Source: an uncultured Chloroflexia bacterium (lineage in GTDB: Bacteria > Chloroflexota > Anaerolineae > JAAYZQ01). From it: a stretch of DNA of 64,000 bases. Each line of letters begins with the position of its first letter. Within the stretch, counting starts at the first letter, position 1. The translations under genes were made by a program, and so were the position numbers. Of the stretch, positions 28,695-41,673 are shown in pieces. The stretch lies in the NCBI GenBank assembly GCA_963700285.1, contig CAVOXA010000010.1, forward strand, positions 1,600,001-1,664,000, in the 5' to 3' direction. The notes under the pieces are model-generated. The model worked only from the letters and a program-made list of their open reading frames with translations. It did not search any database and was not told where the DNA came from.

Positions 28695-31076
28695 CTAGCT
28701 TTCGGCCAGGTAGACGACAGTGACACCTCCCCCTCCTTCTCCTCGCTCACCCAAGCGGTAGGACCCGACTAGAGGATGATCGTGCAACTGCTGATGCACC
28801 GCCTGCTTGAGGGCACCGGTGCCCTTCCCGTGGATGATGCGGACAAAGGGCAACCCCGCCAGAAAAGCATCGTCCAGGCGCTTGTCTACGCGTGGTAGCA
28901 CCTCGTCCACGCGCTGCCCCCGCAGATCCAGCTCAACTCCCGGCGACGGATGGGAGAACGTGGGGGTCGCAGAAGGTTCCACATGGGTGTCCTTCTGCCG
29001 GGCACGCCGCTCCAGGTCGCTTTGTTGAACCCGGACGCGAAAGCTTCCTACCTGTACTTCAGCGCTGTCTCCATCCAACATGGTGACCTGCCCCGTGGTG
29101 CCCAGCCCAGAAACCAAAACTGAATCACCAACAGAGACCTCCCCAGGCAGCCTTTCTGCCTCGGGAGGAGGTGGGGATACTGGTGGGACAACGTCTTTTT
29201 CCTTCTCATCCAAGCGGGCGCGAGCCTGGGCCAACCATCGTTCACCTAGTTCTGATTGCTGCGTGGCATCTGACATCTCGGCACGCAGCGCCTCAATCTC
29301 GCGGCGAACCTCGGCCAATTCCTGGCGGGCCTCGGCCCGCGTTTCACCCAGGATAGCGGCCCTCTCGGCATCGATGGTCGCCAAGCGAGCTGCCAGCCGG
29401 TGCTCATGTTCGGCTAGCCGGCGCTGGGCCAGCGATGCCTCGTCGCGAGCGACGATGGCTTCCTGGTGGGCTTGCTGGATCTCAGCCAGCAGGGTTTCGG
29501 TCTCTTGTTCCTCCGGTGAGACGAGGGCTCGTGCGGCCTGGACAATGGCCGAGGCCAGGCCCAACCGCTCGGCGATGGCAAAAGCATTGCTGCGACCTGG
29601 GAGGCCAATCTGAAGCTTGTAGGTAGGTGACAGTGTCCTTAGATTGAACTCAACGCTTGCATTCTCTACACCGGGTGTGGTATGAGCAAAAGCTTTCAGC
29701 TCGGAATAGTGCGTAGCTACCAGGGTAGTGATGTGCTGGGCCAACAGGCGGGACAGAATGGCTCGAGCTAGCGCCGAGCCCTCTACCGGATCAGTGCCTG
29801 CGCCTAATTCGTCCAACAAGACCAGGCTGCGCTCATCAGCTTGTTCCAGGATGTCAACGATGTTAATCAAGTGCGAAGAGAACGTGGAGAGAGATTGCTC
29901 AATGGATTGTTCATCTCCAATGTCGGCATATATGCCCTCAAATACTGGCAAGACCGAGCCTTCGGCTACGGGCGGGTGCAGGCCCGCCTGGGTCATGGCA
30001 GCCATCAGTCCCACGGTTTTCAGGGTAACCGTTTTGCCGCCGGTGTTGGGCCCGGTGATGACCAATGAGGTTTTACCATCGCCGAGCCACACATCGATAG
30101 GCACAACCGTCTCCGGATCGAGAAGTGGGTGGCGGGCCTGGCGCAGGTTCAGCATCAAAGTCGGTTGTCCATTCGATCGTGCCCCCTTGAAAGGGAATAG
30201 GCCGGGCTGTGTGGCAAACAGAGCGTTGGCGTAGCGCGCTTTGGCCATGACGAGGTCGAGCTCCGCGAGAGCTTGCACAGTCCAGGCTAGCTCATCAGCC
30301 ATATCAGCGACGAGGACTGAAAGCTCGGCCAGAATATGATCTACCTCTTTGCGCTCTTCGATCTGAAGCTGGCGCCAGGCATTGCCTACATCGACAAGCG
30401 ACAGAGGCTCAATAAAAAGGGTTGCCCCACTGGCTGAGGTATCGTGCACTATGCCAGGGATCCGGCCTCTGAAATCGGTCTTGACAGGGATCACATAGCG
30501 CCCGGCTCTCTGAGTCACCAACGCTTCTTGCAGATAAGGCGCATTGTGGGGGTTGGTAACAATACGGTTCAGTCTCTCCTGGAGACGATCGTGGGCGGCG
30601 CGCAGCTCACGGCGTATTCGGCTCAGCTTGGCGCTGGCGTGATCAACTACTTCGCCTTGCTCGCTGATACAGCGCATAATTTCGGCTGCCAAGCCCTCGC
30701 AAGGTTCGATGCGGGCAGCGATATCAGCCAAAAGGGGGGCCTCACCGTGGAAACGTGCCAATGTGCGGTGCACTCGCTGCCCTACCCGAATCGTATTCTG
30801 GATGTCGAGCAGGTCCGGTGGTTGAAGGATGGCTCCACGTGCAGCGTTGCGGGCCAGAGGCCGGATATCATGTGCCCCACCCAGCGGGATGCCTCCATGG
30901 GCATCAAGTACATGGCGGGCTTCACGGGTCTCCTGCAGTCGGTGTTGTACTTTAGCAAATAGGGGTGATGGCCTTAGGGCCATCGCGAGTTCGCGGCCCG
31001 CAGAAAAGGTGACATGCTGAGCAAGGCGCGATAGTATCTGGGGAAACTCTAGGGTATTGAGGTGTTTCTGTTTCAT
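28695..31076 (-). CDS. mutS2: Endonuclease MutS2
   Basis: ITGPNTGGKT, DIGDEQSIEQSLSTFSSH, DELGAGTDP, C-terminal Smr domain (IIHGKGTG). Confidence 0.95.
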   Translation of the reverse strand: MKQKHLNTLEFPQILSRLAQHVTFSAGRELAMALRPSPLFAKVQHRLQETREARHVLDAHGGIPLGGAHDIRPLARNAARGAILQPPDLLDIQNTIRVGQRVHRTLARFHGEAPLLADIAARIEPCEGLAAEIMRCISEQGEVVDHASAKLSRIRRELRAAHDRLQERLNRIVTNPHNAPYLQEALVTQRAGRYVIPVKTDFRGRIPGIVHDTSASGATLFIEPLSLVDVGNAWRQLQIEERKEVDHILAELSVLVADMADELAWTVQALAELDLVMAKARYANALFATQPGLFPFKGARSNGQPTLMLNLRQARHPLLDPETVVPIDVWLGDGKTSLVITGPNTGGKTVTLKTVGLMAAMTQAGLHPPVAEGSVLPVFEGIYADIGDEQSIEQSLSTFSSHLINIVDILEQADERSLVLLDELGAGTDPVEGSALARAILSRLLAQHITTLVATHYSELKAFAHTTPGVENASVEFNLRTLSPTYKLQIGLPGRSNAFAIAERLGLASAIVQAARALVSPEEQETETLLAEIQQAHQEAIVARDEASLAQRRLAEHEHRLAARLATIDAERAAILGETRAEARQELAEVRREIEALRAEMSDATQQSELGERWLAQARARLDEKEKDVVPPVSPPPPEAERLPGEVSVGDSVLVSGLGTTGQVTMLDGDSAEVQVGSFRVRVQQSDLERRARQKDTHVEPSATPTFSHPSPGVELDLRGQRVDEVLPRVDKRLDDAFLAGLPFVRIIHGKGTGALKQAVHQQLHDHPLVGSYRLGERGEGGGGVTVVYLAES

Positions 31077-31232
31077 AAGTTGCCACAACAATCTGGAAAT
31101 CTGAATAGTTGTCCTCGATCTACTCGCAGGCGCCCTCTCTCCAACCTGTCACGGAGGAGTTTCGACCACCGTGCAGAAAGCCATTCTAGCAAAACCGACA
31201 ACGAAAGTCAAACATGGATGAGCGTGTCCAAT

Positions 31233-32255
31233 CTAGGCAGGCCAGAGCCACGGCCAGGCACGTGCCCGGCGATCCGCAAGTTCCTGCTGCAGACGATCAA
31301 TTTCTGCACTCCCTGCTCTCCGATGGCCTGCAGCGCGAATGTGGCGCTTTTCGAAGGCTAGCTCTGTTGCGGTCTGGAAATAGCGGCCCACGGCACGAGA
31401 TGCCCGCCGGCCACCCCGCTGGAATGCCCGTGACTGTACCCATAGCCGCTGTCCTGCTGAACGCAGGACGTCGTATTCCTCGACGGTAAGCATCCCTTGG
31501 TTGACCTCTGTGACCAGTCCTTTCTCGATCCAGCGGCATTCCCTGCGCAAAGCCAAGATGGCAACCAGAAGCAATAGCAACAGCCCGCTCCAGTCTACGA
31601 TCAGACTGACCCCGAGCGGGAACCAGATCCCCTGCTGGACCATGGAGGTTCCTATGTTGTGGAGGCTGTGAAATAGAACTGCCAACGCCCAGCCACCCAA
31701 CGGGACCAATAGTTTCCCCCACCAGTTGCGGGCTAGCCGGGCATAGCCCACGGCCGCGCCAGTGATCCCCGTCCAAAAGGCATGATTTGCCCCGAACACA
31801 ACCGTTCTCAAAAGGATGAAGGTGAATGCCGCGCCGGATGTCTCGCCACGCAGGATGGGCAGAAAGTAGCCAAAGATATTTTCCGTCAAGGCGAATCCAA
31901 AGCCGATCATGGCCCCGTAAATGATGCCATCGAGCACACCGTCGAACTCATGATAAAAGACAACTACCAAGCCGATGAGGGCAATGCCCTTCAAGCTTTC
32001 TTCCACAAGAGGGGCGCCGATGGCAACTTTGATCAGGTTGGCTGCCAAGCCTTCCGTACCAAGGGTGGCAAAGACTGGGGAAACGAGTTGTTCAACAGCG
32101 ATGGAGAGAAATGCTGCTGGGCCTGCTCCCCAAATGAAAGCCAACGCCAGGAGCCAGAGAGGTTCCTTCTCGTATCGGTCAAGCCACCAGATAAAAAGAA
32201 CGTATATGGCCGTGGGGATCAGCGCCCCCAGGATTGCCACCACAAGGATAGGCAT
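31233..32255 (-). CDS. prsW: PrsW family intramembrane metalloprotease
   Basis: DRYEKEP, APLVEESLK, GFALTEN, HAFWTG, HSLHN. Confidence 0.88.
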   Translation of the reverse strand: MPILVVAILGALIPTAIYVLFIWWLDRYEKEPLWLLALAFIWGAGPAAFLSIAVEQLVSPVFATLGTEGLAANLIKVAIGAPLVEESLKGIALIGLVVVFYHEFDGVLDGIIYGAMIGFGFALTENIFGYFLPILRGETSGAAFTFILLRTVVFGANHAFWTGITGAAVGYARLARNWWGKLLVPLGGWALAVLFHSLHNIGTSMVQQGIWFPLGVSLIVDWSGLLLLLLVAILALRRECRWIEKGLVTEVNQGMLTVEEYDVLRSAGQRLWVQSRAFQRGGRRASRAVGRYFQTATELAFEKRHIRAAGHRRAGSAEIDRLQQELADRRARAWPWLWPA

Positions 32256-32460
32256 CTGCCAATTGGCCTCCCTGGCCTGATTATAGCATGGAACGCCTGG
32301 CCCTACAATGGCAGACTACCCGAGGCCCAGGGCAATTGCATCTAAACCCGTCATTGCGAGGGAACCGAAGGAATCTCCCCTTGAAACCGTAGAGATCGTC
32401 GATTAAGGTTTAGGTACTCAAGTCAACCGCTTCTGGCGCTGGGTTCGCAGTGTTGCTTAC

Positions 32461-32527
32461 TTGACATCTGCCTCAGGGTATGCTATCCTCGCACAGCATA
32501 CCCCGCAGGGGTATGCTGTGCGAGGAT
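32461..32527 (+). promoter_or_regulatory. Promoter with a CsoR/RcnR-like operator inside a 20-bp perfect inverted repeat
   Basis: TTGACA-17 bp-TATCCT; atcctcgcacagcatacccc-gca-ggggtatgctgtgcgaggat. Confidence 0.65.
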
Positions 32528-32565
32528 GGTTTGTACTTCCCAGCGAACCAGATGGAGGGATCCAA

Positions 32566-32817
32566 ATGCCATTCATGCAGTCCACAAAGGCGCAGGTGAC
32601 AGCCATACCACATGTGGTGGACGAGCGCTGTCAGGCATGTCGCCGGTGCGTGGCGCGCAAGGTATGCCGGACGAAAGCGATCCTGCAGATCGATCCAGAC
32701 GAACCCCCCTTCATTGATGCCAGTCTATGCTATGGCTGCCACGCTTGCATTCCAGCTTGTCCCAATGGAGCCATTGTATTGGATGGGCATGAGCCCAAGA
32801 TCCCAGTGGTTGGCTAG
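32566..32817 (+). CDS. Small 2x[4Fe-4S] ferredoxin
   Basis: CQACRRC...C and CYGCHACIPACP; GGAGG SD. Confidence 0.85.
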   Translation: MPFMQSTKAQVTAIPHVVDERCQACRRCVARKVCRTKAILQIDPDEPPFIDASLCYGCHACIPACPNGAIVLDGHEPKIPVVG

Positions 32818-33122
32818 CCAATGCTCTTTCTCACTCTTTAGAGCAATTCCTACTGCCCAGCGGCTGTGACAGGCAGCCAATATCACATTGGACGCGATAG
32901 CCCCCGGAAACAAGGCTGGCGCCTGCCAAGCCAGGGATTTCGCGGCGAGTAGCGCAACCCAGATAAATTGAATACACAACCCAGAGCAAGACAGCGGCGT
33001 ACCCTCTTTTTGAGGTACGTCACTGTTTTTTTGTAGCGAGATTCCTCTCAGTCTAGGATATTAGATATTAGCAGGCCAGCCAATCTGAGATAGGAGGAAT
33101 CTCACTGGCAACCCACGTCTAC

Positions 33123-34400
33123 GTGGCTTCGGCCAAGGGGCAGGTGCCCTTTCACCCGGTGAGTATGTACTTGTTGAGCCTCTATCGGCGGGAACGGAGC
33201 CTGCCCAGTCACGAGGTGCGGCGCAGGGTCCGGCACCTGGAGGACAGCCGGACCCTGCGCCGCTGTGCAGGGTTTGAGGCTGACTTTCCCTGTGAATCAG
33301 GCTTGCGCTACTTCGAGGGGCAGTTGATGCCCGAACTGCAGCAGGAAACCAACGCCCTCCAGCTGGACGCCCTCTACCAGGCTGGCCTGCTACCCATCAA
33401 AGCCGATGTGGACAAGAAGACGAGAGCGACGCTCTCTTTCGACGGCATGCTGCACCAAGCCCGTTCACGTCTGCGCTGCTCGAGCGTCAAAACAGGCTGC
33501 TACAAACCGGCGCCCCGTCCTTGTCCAGCCAAAGAGAAGGGCAAGCAGGGATGTGAGTGCAGCGACGAGGAGCATGCTGCCATCTGTCGACACGCAACGT
33601 CCCTGGACCCCCAGGCACGCTTCATCGTCTACACCAGCGACAACAAGCGAGCCCAGACTCCAGAGGCGCTCCCCCTGGCTCAAGATCGGAAAAGTCCTGG
33701 CTGATGCCGGGGCTTGCGAGCAGACCTGCCTCGACGCCATCTGGGCTGCTGGCGCGCTGTGCATGGTCGATATCTGTACCCACAGGTCTGACAATGACCC
33801 CGATACCCGGCTGACGCGCGGATATGACCAGCAAGGACATCCCCTCGACGACGATCCTCTCCCCTAGGGCGGCGACCAAGGTCATCAACGCCCGCATAGC
33901 CAGCGACCAGGTGACGTTGGAAGCCTGTGTCCAGCCCGCGGACAACGTACAAAGCCTGAGCTGCATCATTTTGCCCCGGCCCAGAACCGCACCTACAGCG
34001 ACGCCATGCTGGCCCAGGACGGCGACGAATGCCAGATCCGTCTCCGGTACCGTCGTCACCAGCCAGCCCCAGCACCTTTGACAACTGGGGCACCAACCAG
34101 TAGCTGTCTCTGGCCAACGGGGAAAGCAACGACCGCGAGTGGCTGGGCGACCTGCACCTGGTGGCCATTGATCATTCGGGATCCCCTAGGATAAGCCCTT
34201 CGAGTGCCCTCAGTTCGGAAGTGGTCCAGAAGTATGACGCCGAGATTCAGGCGTTGGTGGCCCGGCCTGGCCTTCTGCCGGACGCGCTCTGCCGCGCCCA
34301 AGACCGGATCGGTAAGGACGGATCTAGCCAGGACCATTGGCTGGCGCCGGTGGGGCAGGGCGACCAAATAGAAGCCTCCAGCACTGGGATCTTGCCAAAT
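33123..34400 (+). mobile_element. Degenerate Cys-rich DDE-like transposase pseudogene
   Basis: PFHPVSM, GF..FP.ESGLRYF, SFDGMLH, DPQARF; several broken frames. Confidence 0.5.
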
Positions 34401-34441
34401 CGACCGGCTCGTGGTAGGATTGCTGGCGGAGGAAGACGATC

Positions 34442-36256
34442 TTGACCACTGACATAGCATTGATGCTGGCCATCCTGGCCATTTCGATCCTGCTCTTCAT
34501 CACTGACTGGCTCCGTGTAGATGTCGTCGCGCTTTTGGTGCTGTTGGCCCTGATCTTGACTGGCCTCATCACCCCGGAAGAAGCATTCAGGGGGTTTAGC
34601 AGTCCTGCAGTCATCACCGTATGGGCCATTTTCATCGTCAGCGGAGGCCTGTTCTATACCGGCGTGGCCAATCTTTTGGGCGACCGGCTGCTTAAGGTGG
34701 CCGGCACCAGTGCCCGCCGCCTGGTGGGTGTACTGATGACAGCCGTGGGTCTGATGTCTGGGGTCATGAACAACGTGGGGGCTACGGCAGTCATGATGCC
34801 GGCCACCGTGGCCATGGCTCGCAAAACCCAGATCAGTGCCTCCAAGCTCTTGATTCCCCTCGCCTTTGGTTCACTGTTGGGCGGCATGCTAACCCTCATC
34901 GGCACCCCGCCCAACATTCTGGTCAGTGATGCCCTACGGATGGCTGGGTATGAGCCCTTTACACTGCTCGCGTTTGCACCTGTGGGTCTAGCTGCCCTCG
35001 TACTGGGCGTAGTTTATATGGCAACCGTGGGCATGCGGATTCTACCTGACCGAACGCCATCGGAGTTGCTGGCCAAGGCAGCAGGCCCTGATGCGGATCT
35101 GATTGACCTTTACCGGTTGGGCGAGCGCCTGTTCAGGGCGCGCATCCCTGCCGGTTCCCCACTCATTGGCCAGCGTCTGGCCCAAAGCGGCTTGCGAGAG
35201 GATTTTGATCTATCGGTCATCGCCATGGAGCGATGGGGCGGGACACGCCTTGTACCCGACAAAGATACTACTTTGCGCCGGGGTGATGTCCTGTTGATCG
35301 AGGGTATGAGCGACAACGTAGTATGGGCAGGGCAGACAGGGCGCCTGGATGTCCAGCCTGAGGTCGGTGTGCATGACAAAGAGCTACAATCAGAGGTAAT
35401 CGGCATCGCTGAGGTGCTCCTGTCCCCTCACTCCAACCAGGCGGGCAAGACGCTGGCCGAGATTCAGTTCCGCGAAAAGTACCACCTGACCGTCTTGGCT
35501 GTCCTGCGCGACGGCCGCCCGCAACGTACGAGCCTGGTGGATCTGCCGCTGCGTTTTGGCGATACGCTGCTGGTGCAGGGTCCAAGGCACAACTTCCGTA
35601 TCCTTGCGCGTGAGGCTGACTATGTGGTTCTCGGCGACGTTGAGAGTGCTCCCCCTCTGCGTACCCAGAAGGCGCCGGTGGCGATAGGGATCCTGGCAGT
35701 TATGCTCGTGCCTGTCGTGGCTGGTTGGCTGCCCATCACGGCCGCGGCACTGCTGGCCGGCGTGCTCATGGTCCTCACTGGCTGCCTGACTATGGATGAG
35801 GCCTACCAATCCATCGAATGGAAAGCGGTTTTTCTGGTGGCTGGTACACTTCCCCTGGGCATTGCCATGGAGAAAACGGGGACAGCAGACTTGTTGGCAT
35901 CGTTGATGGTCAATGCCGTGGGCGGACTCGGGCCCCTGGCACTGCTGGCCGGGTTCTACATCTTGACCAATCTACTGACCCAGTTCATGTCCAACGCTGC
36001 TAGTACTGTCCTCATCGCACCCATTGCCATAGAGTCCGCTCTTAGGATTGGCAGCGAGCCCTATGCCCTGCTGATGGCAGTTGCTGTGGGAGCGTCGGCG
36101 GGCTTTCTCACGCCAGTGGCCCACCAATCCAATGTGCTGGTGATGGGACCAGGTGGGTACCGCTTTGGTGACTATTTCAAGGCAGGTCTCCCCTTGGACG
36201 TGCTGACTCTGATCATCGTACTGGTGGTCGTGCCTTTGGTGTGGCCCTGGCCGTAG
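34442..36256 (+). CDS. SLC13/DASS family permease with TrkA-C domains
   Basis: MNNVGA, GGMLTLIGTPPN, two RCK_C repeats, MSNAA, GGYRFGDY. Confidence 0.9.
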   Translation: MTTDIALMLAILAISILLFITDWLRVDVVALLVLLALILTGLITPEEAFRGFSSPAVITVWAIFIVSGGLFYTGVANLLGDRLLKVAGTSARRLVGVLMTAVGLMSGVMNNVGATAVMMPATVAMARKTQISASKLLIPLAFGSLLGGMLTLIGTPPNILVSDALRMAGYEPFTLLAFAPVGLAALVLGVVYMATVGMRILPDRTPSELLAKAAGPDADLIDLYRLGERLFRARIPAGSPLIGQRLAQSGLREDFDLSVIAMERWGGTRLVPDKDTTLRRGDVLLIEGMSDNVVWAGQTGRLDVQPEVGVHDKELQSEVIGIAEVLLSPHSNQAGKTLAEIQFREKYHLTVLAVLRDGRPQRTSLVDLPLRFGDTLLVQGPRHNFRILAREADYVVLGDVESAPPLRTQKAPVAIGILAVMLVPVVAGWLPITAAALLAGVLMVLTGCLTMDEAYQSIEWKAVFLVAGTLPLGIAMEKTGTADLLASLMVNAVGGLGPLALLAGFYILTNLLTQFMSNAASTVLIAPIAIESALRIGSEPYALLMAVAVGASAGFLTPVAHQSNVLVMGPGGYRFGDYFKAGLPLDVLTLIIVLVVVPLVWPWP

Positions 36257-36399
36257 GTCCGGCCAACGGACAGACACCGGAGGGTTTCGCCAGGCAAGGC
36301 TTCTCATGCCTGCGCACATCTCTGTCCTTCGTACTGTCCACTTGAGCACCATATCCCCCACCATCAGGTTCCTGCCATGATCCACAGACCTTCTAGAAT

Positions 36400-36428
36400 T
36401 TGCGTTATATTCTGGATTGCGGTATACT
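36400..36428 (+). promoter_or_regulatory. groESL promoter
   Basis: TTGCGT-17 bp-TATACT. Confidence 0.65.
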
Positions 36429-36437
36429 ACCCTCGCG

Positions 36438-36464
36438 TTAGCACTCATCCAGATGGAGTGCTAA
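36438..36464. promoter_or_regulatory. CIRCE element (HrcA operator)
   Basis: Exact TTAGCACTC-N9-GAGTGCTAA. Confidence 0.97.
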
Positions 36465-36509
36465 CGCGCTCACTGCGTCAAACACACAATATTCTAGGAG
36501 GAAGGCGAA

Positions 36510-38473
<1,964 letters not shown>

Positions 38474-38525
38474 AGTCAAATACAACCAGTCGCCAGGCAG
38501 CTGGTTGTGCCGTGCTGGTAGATTT

Positions 38526-38553
38526 AGCAGCCCCTCCGTCTGGAGGGGCTGCT
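38526..38553 (+). terminator. Hairpin after groL
   Basis: agcagcccctcc-gtct-ggaggggctgct 12-bp stem. Confidence 0.65.
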
Positions 38554-38781
38554 GGTGCGTATGTACCAGCAGTTGAGAACGATGGGTGCACAGGGTTCAT
38601 CTGCCGGTACGGGACAGTTTCCTCTATCATGAAAAGCTTGAGCATAGAAGAATGACTTATCTGGAAGCTCGCAGTTTTTTGCGATAGCCCGGTAGATGTG
38701 GTATAATCGCACCTGCCTGCCCTGACTGAGCCCGGTCATGGCCCGAAACCGGGTTTCAGCGACCCTTGTGAGGTGGTTTGA

Positions 38782-40317
38782 TTGAGCAACAAGGAACCGC
38801 ATAGTCAGAATCAAACCAGGAGGCAAAGTGGCCCTCCTGTGTGGGCGCGTGCGCTCATTGGTCTTTTCCTGGTTTTGTTCTTCCTCGGTGGACTCCTCGC
38901 CGGCTACCTCTTTTACGTCACGGTCCGGGAGTTTGTGGCTCACACCGAACTACCGGCGCTGCCCGTCATCCGGATGCCATCGATCAGCCTGCCCGAGGCT
39001 GTGGCTGATGTGGAGAACCCCCTGGAGCCGCTGCCCCAGATGCCAGAGATGACGCCGATTGCTGGTTCGGGGGAAATCGTCTACTCGGCTCCCCCTCCAG
39101 CCAATCCGGCTCCGGTCGGTGAGCGAATCAATATCCTTTTGGTGGGAATCGATCGACGTGGGGGAACAGGCTGGGGCTATCGCACTGATACAATCATCAT
39201 CCTGACTATCGATCCGGTCAACAAGACAGCCGGGATGCTTTCTATACCCCGCGATCTTCAACTGTCGATCCCGGAAAATGGAGACAACCGGATCAACACC
39301 GCCAACGTTTGGGGCTACGAGTACGACTACCCGGGAGGCGGTCCGGCTCTTCTGAAACGGACGATCGAATCCAACTTTGGTATTCCTATCGACTATTATG
39401 TCATGGTTGACTTTGAGGCATTCGTCGAGATCGTTGATACCCTCGGGGGCATCGACGTAAACGTGCCTACCGTACTGCATGATACCATGTATCCTGATCC
39501 GAGGCCTGGCGATCAGTACGCCTTCAAGACGATCCACTTTGATCCTGGTTGGCAGCATATGAATGGCGAGCGTGCCCTCAAGTATGCTCGCTCGCGCATG
39601 AGCACCAGTGACTTTGACCGGGCCAAGCGCCAGCAGATGCTCCTCGTCGCCATCCGTGACAAAGCTCTGAATCTGAATCTGCTGCCCAAGCTGCCGACCC
39701 TGGCTGCAACTTTGGCCAGCAACGTCAAAACTGATATGACGATGGAAGAGATGGCCGAACTGGCGCCTCTGGCGCCGCAGATTGACAGGGCCAACATCAA
39801 GCAAGCGGTCCTGGAGAAGCCACTGGTGTATGCGTTCCGTCGCGAGGACGGCGCCGCGGTGCAATTGCCCAAGTGGGACTTGATCAATCCTGTGATTGCC
39901 GATCTGTTTGCAGCGCCGCAGGAACTTTCGGTAGAACCGACACCAACGCCAGCGCCTACAGCCCCGCCCATACCGACGCCTACACTGGCGCCTGTCGAGA
40001 TCAAAGACCTGAAGGAGTTGGCTAGCGAGGGCGCGCGTATCGCTGTACAGAACGGGACATCGCAGCCCAACTTTGCGGCGCGCGTGGCGACCATGCTAAT
40101 GGAAGAGGGCTACCAGGTGGTTGAATTCGGCGATGCCGGCCGCCTGGACTATCCGGTGACAGTCATAGTGGACTATACCGGCAAAGCCTATACCTTGGAA
40201 CGCTTGATGGAGCTGTTTCAGCCGGCACCGGAGAACGTACGCCGCAGCCCGAACCTCCGCAGCGAGATCGACATCCGAGTCATTGTGGGGCAGGATTTCT
40301 TCCTGTCGCAGCAATAG
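38782..40317 (+). CDS. LCP (LytR-CpsA-Psr) family protein with LytR_C domain
   Basis: N-terminal TM, NILLVGID, RTDTII, SIPRD, ARSR, DFDRAKRQQ, VQNGT. Confidence 0.92.
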   Translation: MSNKEPHSQNQTRRQSGPPVWARALIGLFLVLFFLGGLLAGYLFYVTVREFVAHTELPALPVIRMPSISLPEAVADVENPLEPLPQMPEMTPIAGSGEIVYSAPPPANPAPVGERINILLVGIDRRGGTGWGYRTDTIIILTIDPVNKTAGMLSIPRDLQLSIPENGDNRINTANVWGYEYDYPGGGPALLKRTIESNFGIPIDYYVMVDFEAFVEIVDTLGGIDVNVPTVLHDTMYPDPRPGDQYAFKTIHFDPGWQHMNGERALKYARSRMSTSDFDRAKRQQMLLVAIRDKALNLNLLPKLPTLAATLASNVKTDMTMEEMAELAPLAPQIDRANIKQAVLEKPLVYAFRREDGAAVQLPKWDLINPVIADLFAAPQELSVEPTPTPAPTAPPIPTPTLAPVEIKDLKELASEGARIAVQNGTSQPNFAARVATMLMEEGYQVVEFGDAGRLDYPVTVIVDYTGKAYTLERLMELFQPAPENVRRSPNLRSEIDIRVIVGQDFFLSQQ

Positions 40318-40405
40318 ATACAGGCCATCGGCAGCCCGTGACGATTCGCCTATTGGCTCTACCCTTGATGCAGTGTAGTACCTGATTGCCGGGCCCAACA
40401 GCAAC

Positions 40406-41374
40406 GTGGGACTCCCCGGCTTCCGTGGCAAGGTCTTTGCCGGACCGTGCGTGCGCGGTTTTGCGAGGATCTTTTTTTTCCTGGGGGAAGCATTGAAGCG
40501 TTACCGAGAAAACTATCGTCAGAGCGAGGCCAACAGTGACCCGAGTGAGGCAGTTGGGTTGATGCCCTGGAAAATCTGGCGTTTGAGTGACAGAGGAAAC
40601 GAACAGGTCGACGGCAACATTGTGACCGAGGAACCCCTTGAGATCCGCGTGGACAACCGGTCTGTCGCAGTACTGATGCGCACGCCGGGCAGAGAAAAGG
40701 AACTTGCTGCTGGTTTTGTGCTGGGTGAGGGACTGGTGACTGACCTTATGGACATTGCTCTCGTTCGCCATTGCGGACGGGCAGTGCCCACCGAAAGCTC
40801 TGAGGGTGATTCCCTGGACGAATCACGCAATCTGGTGGATGTGACCCTGATCCCTGGGGCTGCCAGCCCAAGCGAACTCTCTGACGTCGTTCAACTGATC
40901 CGTTCTGGATGCGGCCGGAGTGGGGTAGGCGCGTTGGTAGAGGACCTGGCCCCGGTTGATGCCGGCAGCAAGATACGGGTTGAGGTGCTGCAGAGGCTGC
41001 TGGGGCAGATCACACGCCAGCAGACGGCATACCGCGCGGCAGGAGGCATTCATGCGGCCGCGGTATTCGACACCAATGGCCGGTGCGTTGTCGTGAGCGA
41101 AGACATCGGCAGGCACAATGCCGTGGATAAAGCGGTGGGCCATTGCCTATTGCGGGGCATCCCTCTGAAGGACAAATTGCTGATAAGTACCGGTCGAGCC
41201 AGCTACGACATGGTAGCCAAAGGGGTACGGCTCGGAGTGCCAATCATCGCATCAATCTCTTCGCCAACTTCGCTCTCCGTTGAGTTGGCCGATGCGCTGA
41301 ATTGCACATTACTGGGTTACCTGCGGGGCAAGACGCTCAATGTCTACACGCATGGATGGCGAGTCGTAACCTAG
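40406..41374 (+). CDS. fdhD: Formate dehydrogenase accessory sulfurtransferase FdhD (true start probably further downstream)
   Basis: EEPLEI, MRTPG, EDIGRHNAVDK, SSPTSL. Confidence 0.9.
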   Translation: MGLPGFRGKVFAGPCVRGFARIFFFLGEALKRYRENYRQSEANSDPSEAVGLMPWKIWRLSDRGNEQVDGNIVTEEPLEIRVDNRSVAVLMRTPGREKELAAGFVLGEGLVTDLMDIALVRHCGRAVPTESSEGDSLDESRNLVDVTLIPGAASPSELSDVVQLIRSGCGRSGVGALVEDLAPVDAGSKIRVEVLQRLLGQITRQQTAYRAAGGIHAAAVFDTNGRCVVVSEDIGRHNAVDKAVGHCLLRGIPLKDKLLISTGRASYDMVAKGVRLGVPIIASISSPTSLSVELADALNCTLLGYLRGKTLNVYTHGWRVVT

Positions 41375-41673
41375 CGGTAAGACGCTGCGAACTGGCCTGC
41401 CTCTAGCAAAGAATGGCGGTTACGCCAGGATCGCGCTGCCAACGTCACACCCGCGTTCGCCTGCTCTCCTCGTAACCCAATCTGCAGCACCTATGCGGTG
41501 CCAAGATCTAGCGCAATGTCAGATATTGGGGTGTCGCGTGCTGGTGCCCGCTGATACCCGCGCTGTACGAGTTCCAGGCAGAGTGGGCTTGGCCAGCAGG
41601 TGGATGGCCGGTGGTGTGTCCTCCGAGATACTTGTTGTCGATAAGGCACTTGCCTTTGACTCGGGCGTGTTAG

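Noticed and set aside
32350-32381. gtcattgcgag...aatctc REP-like palindrome remnant (similar stubs near 27600 and 34195)
   Set aside because: Single degenerate copies; repeat status cannot be shown within this window.
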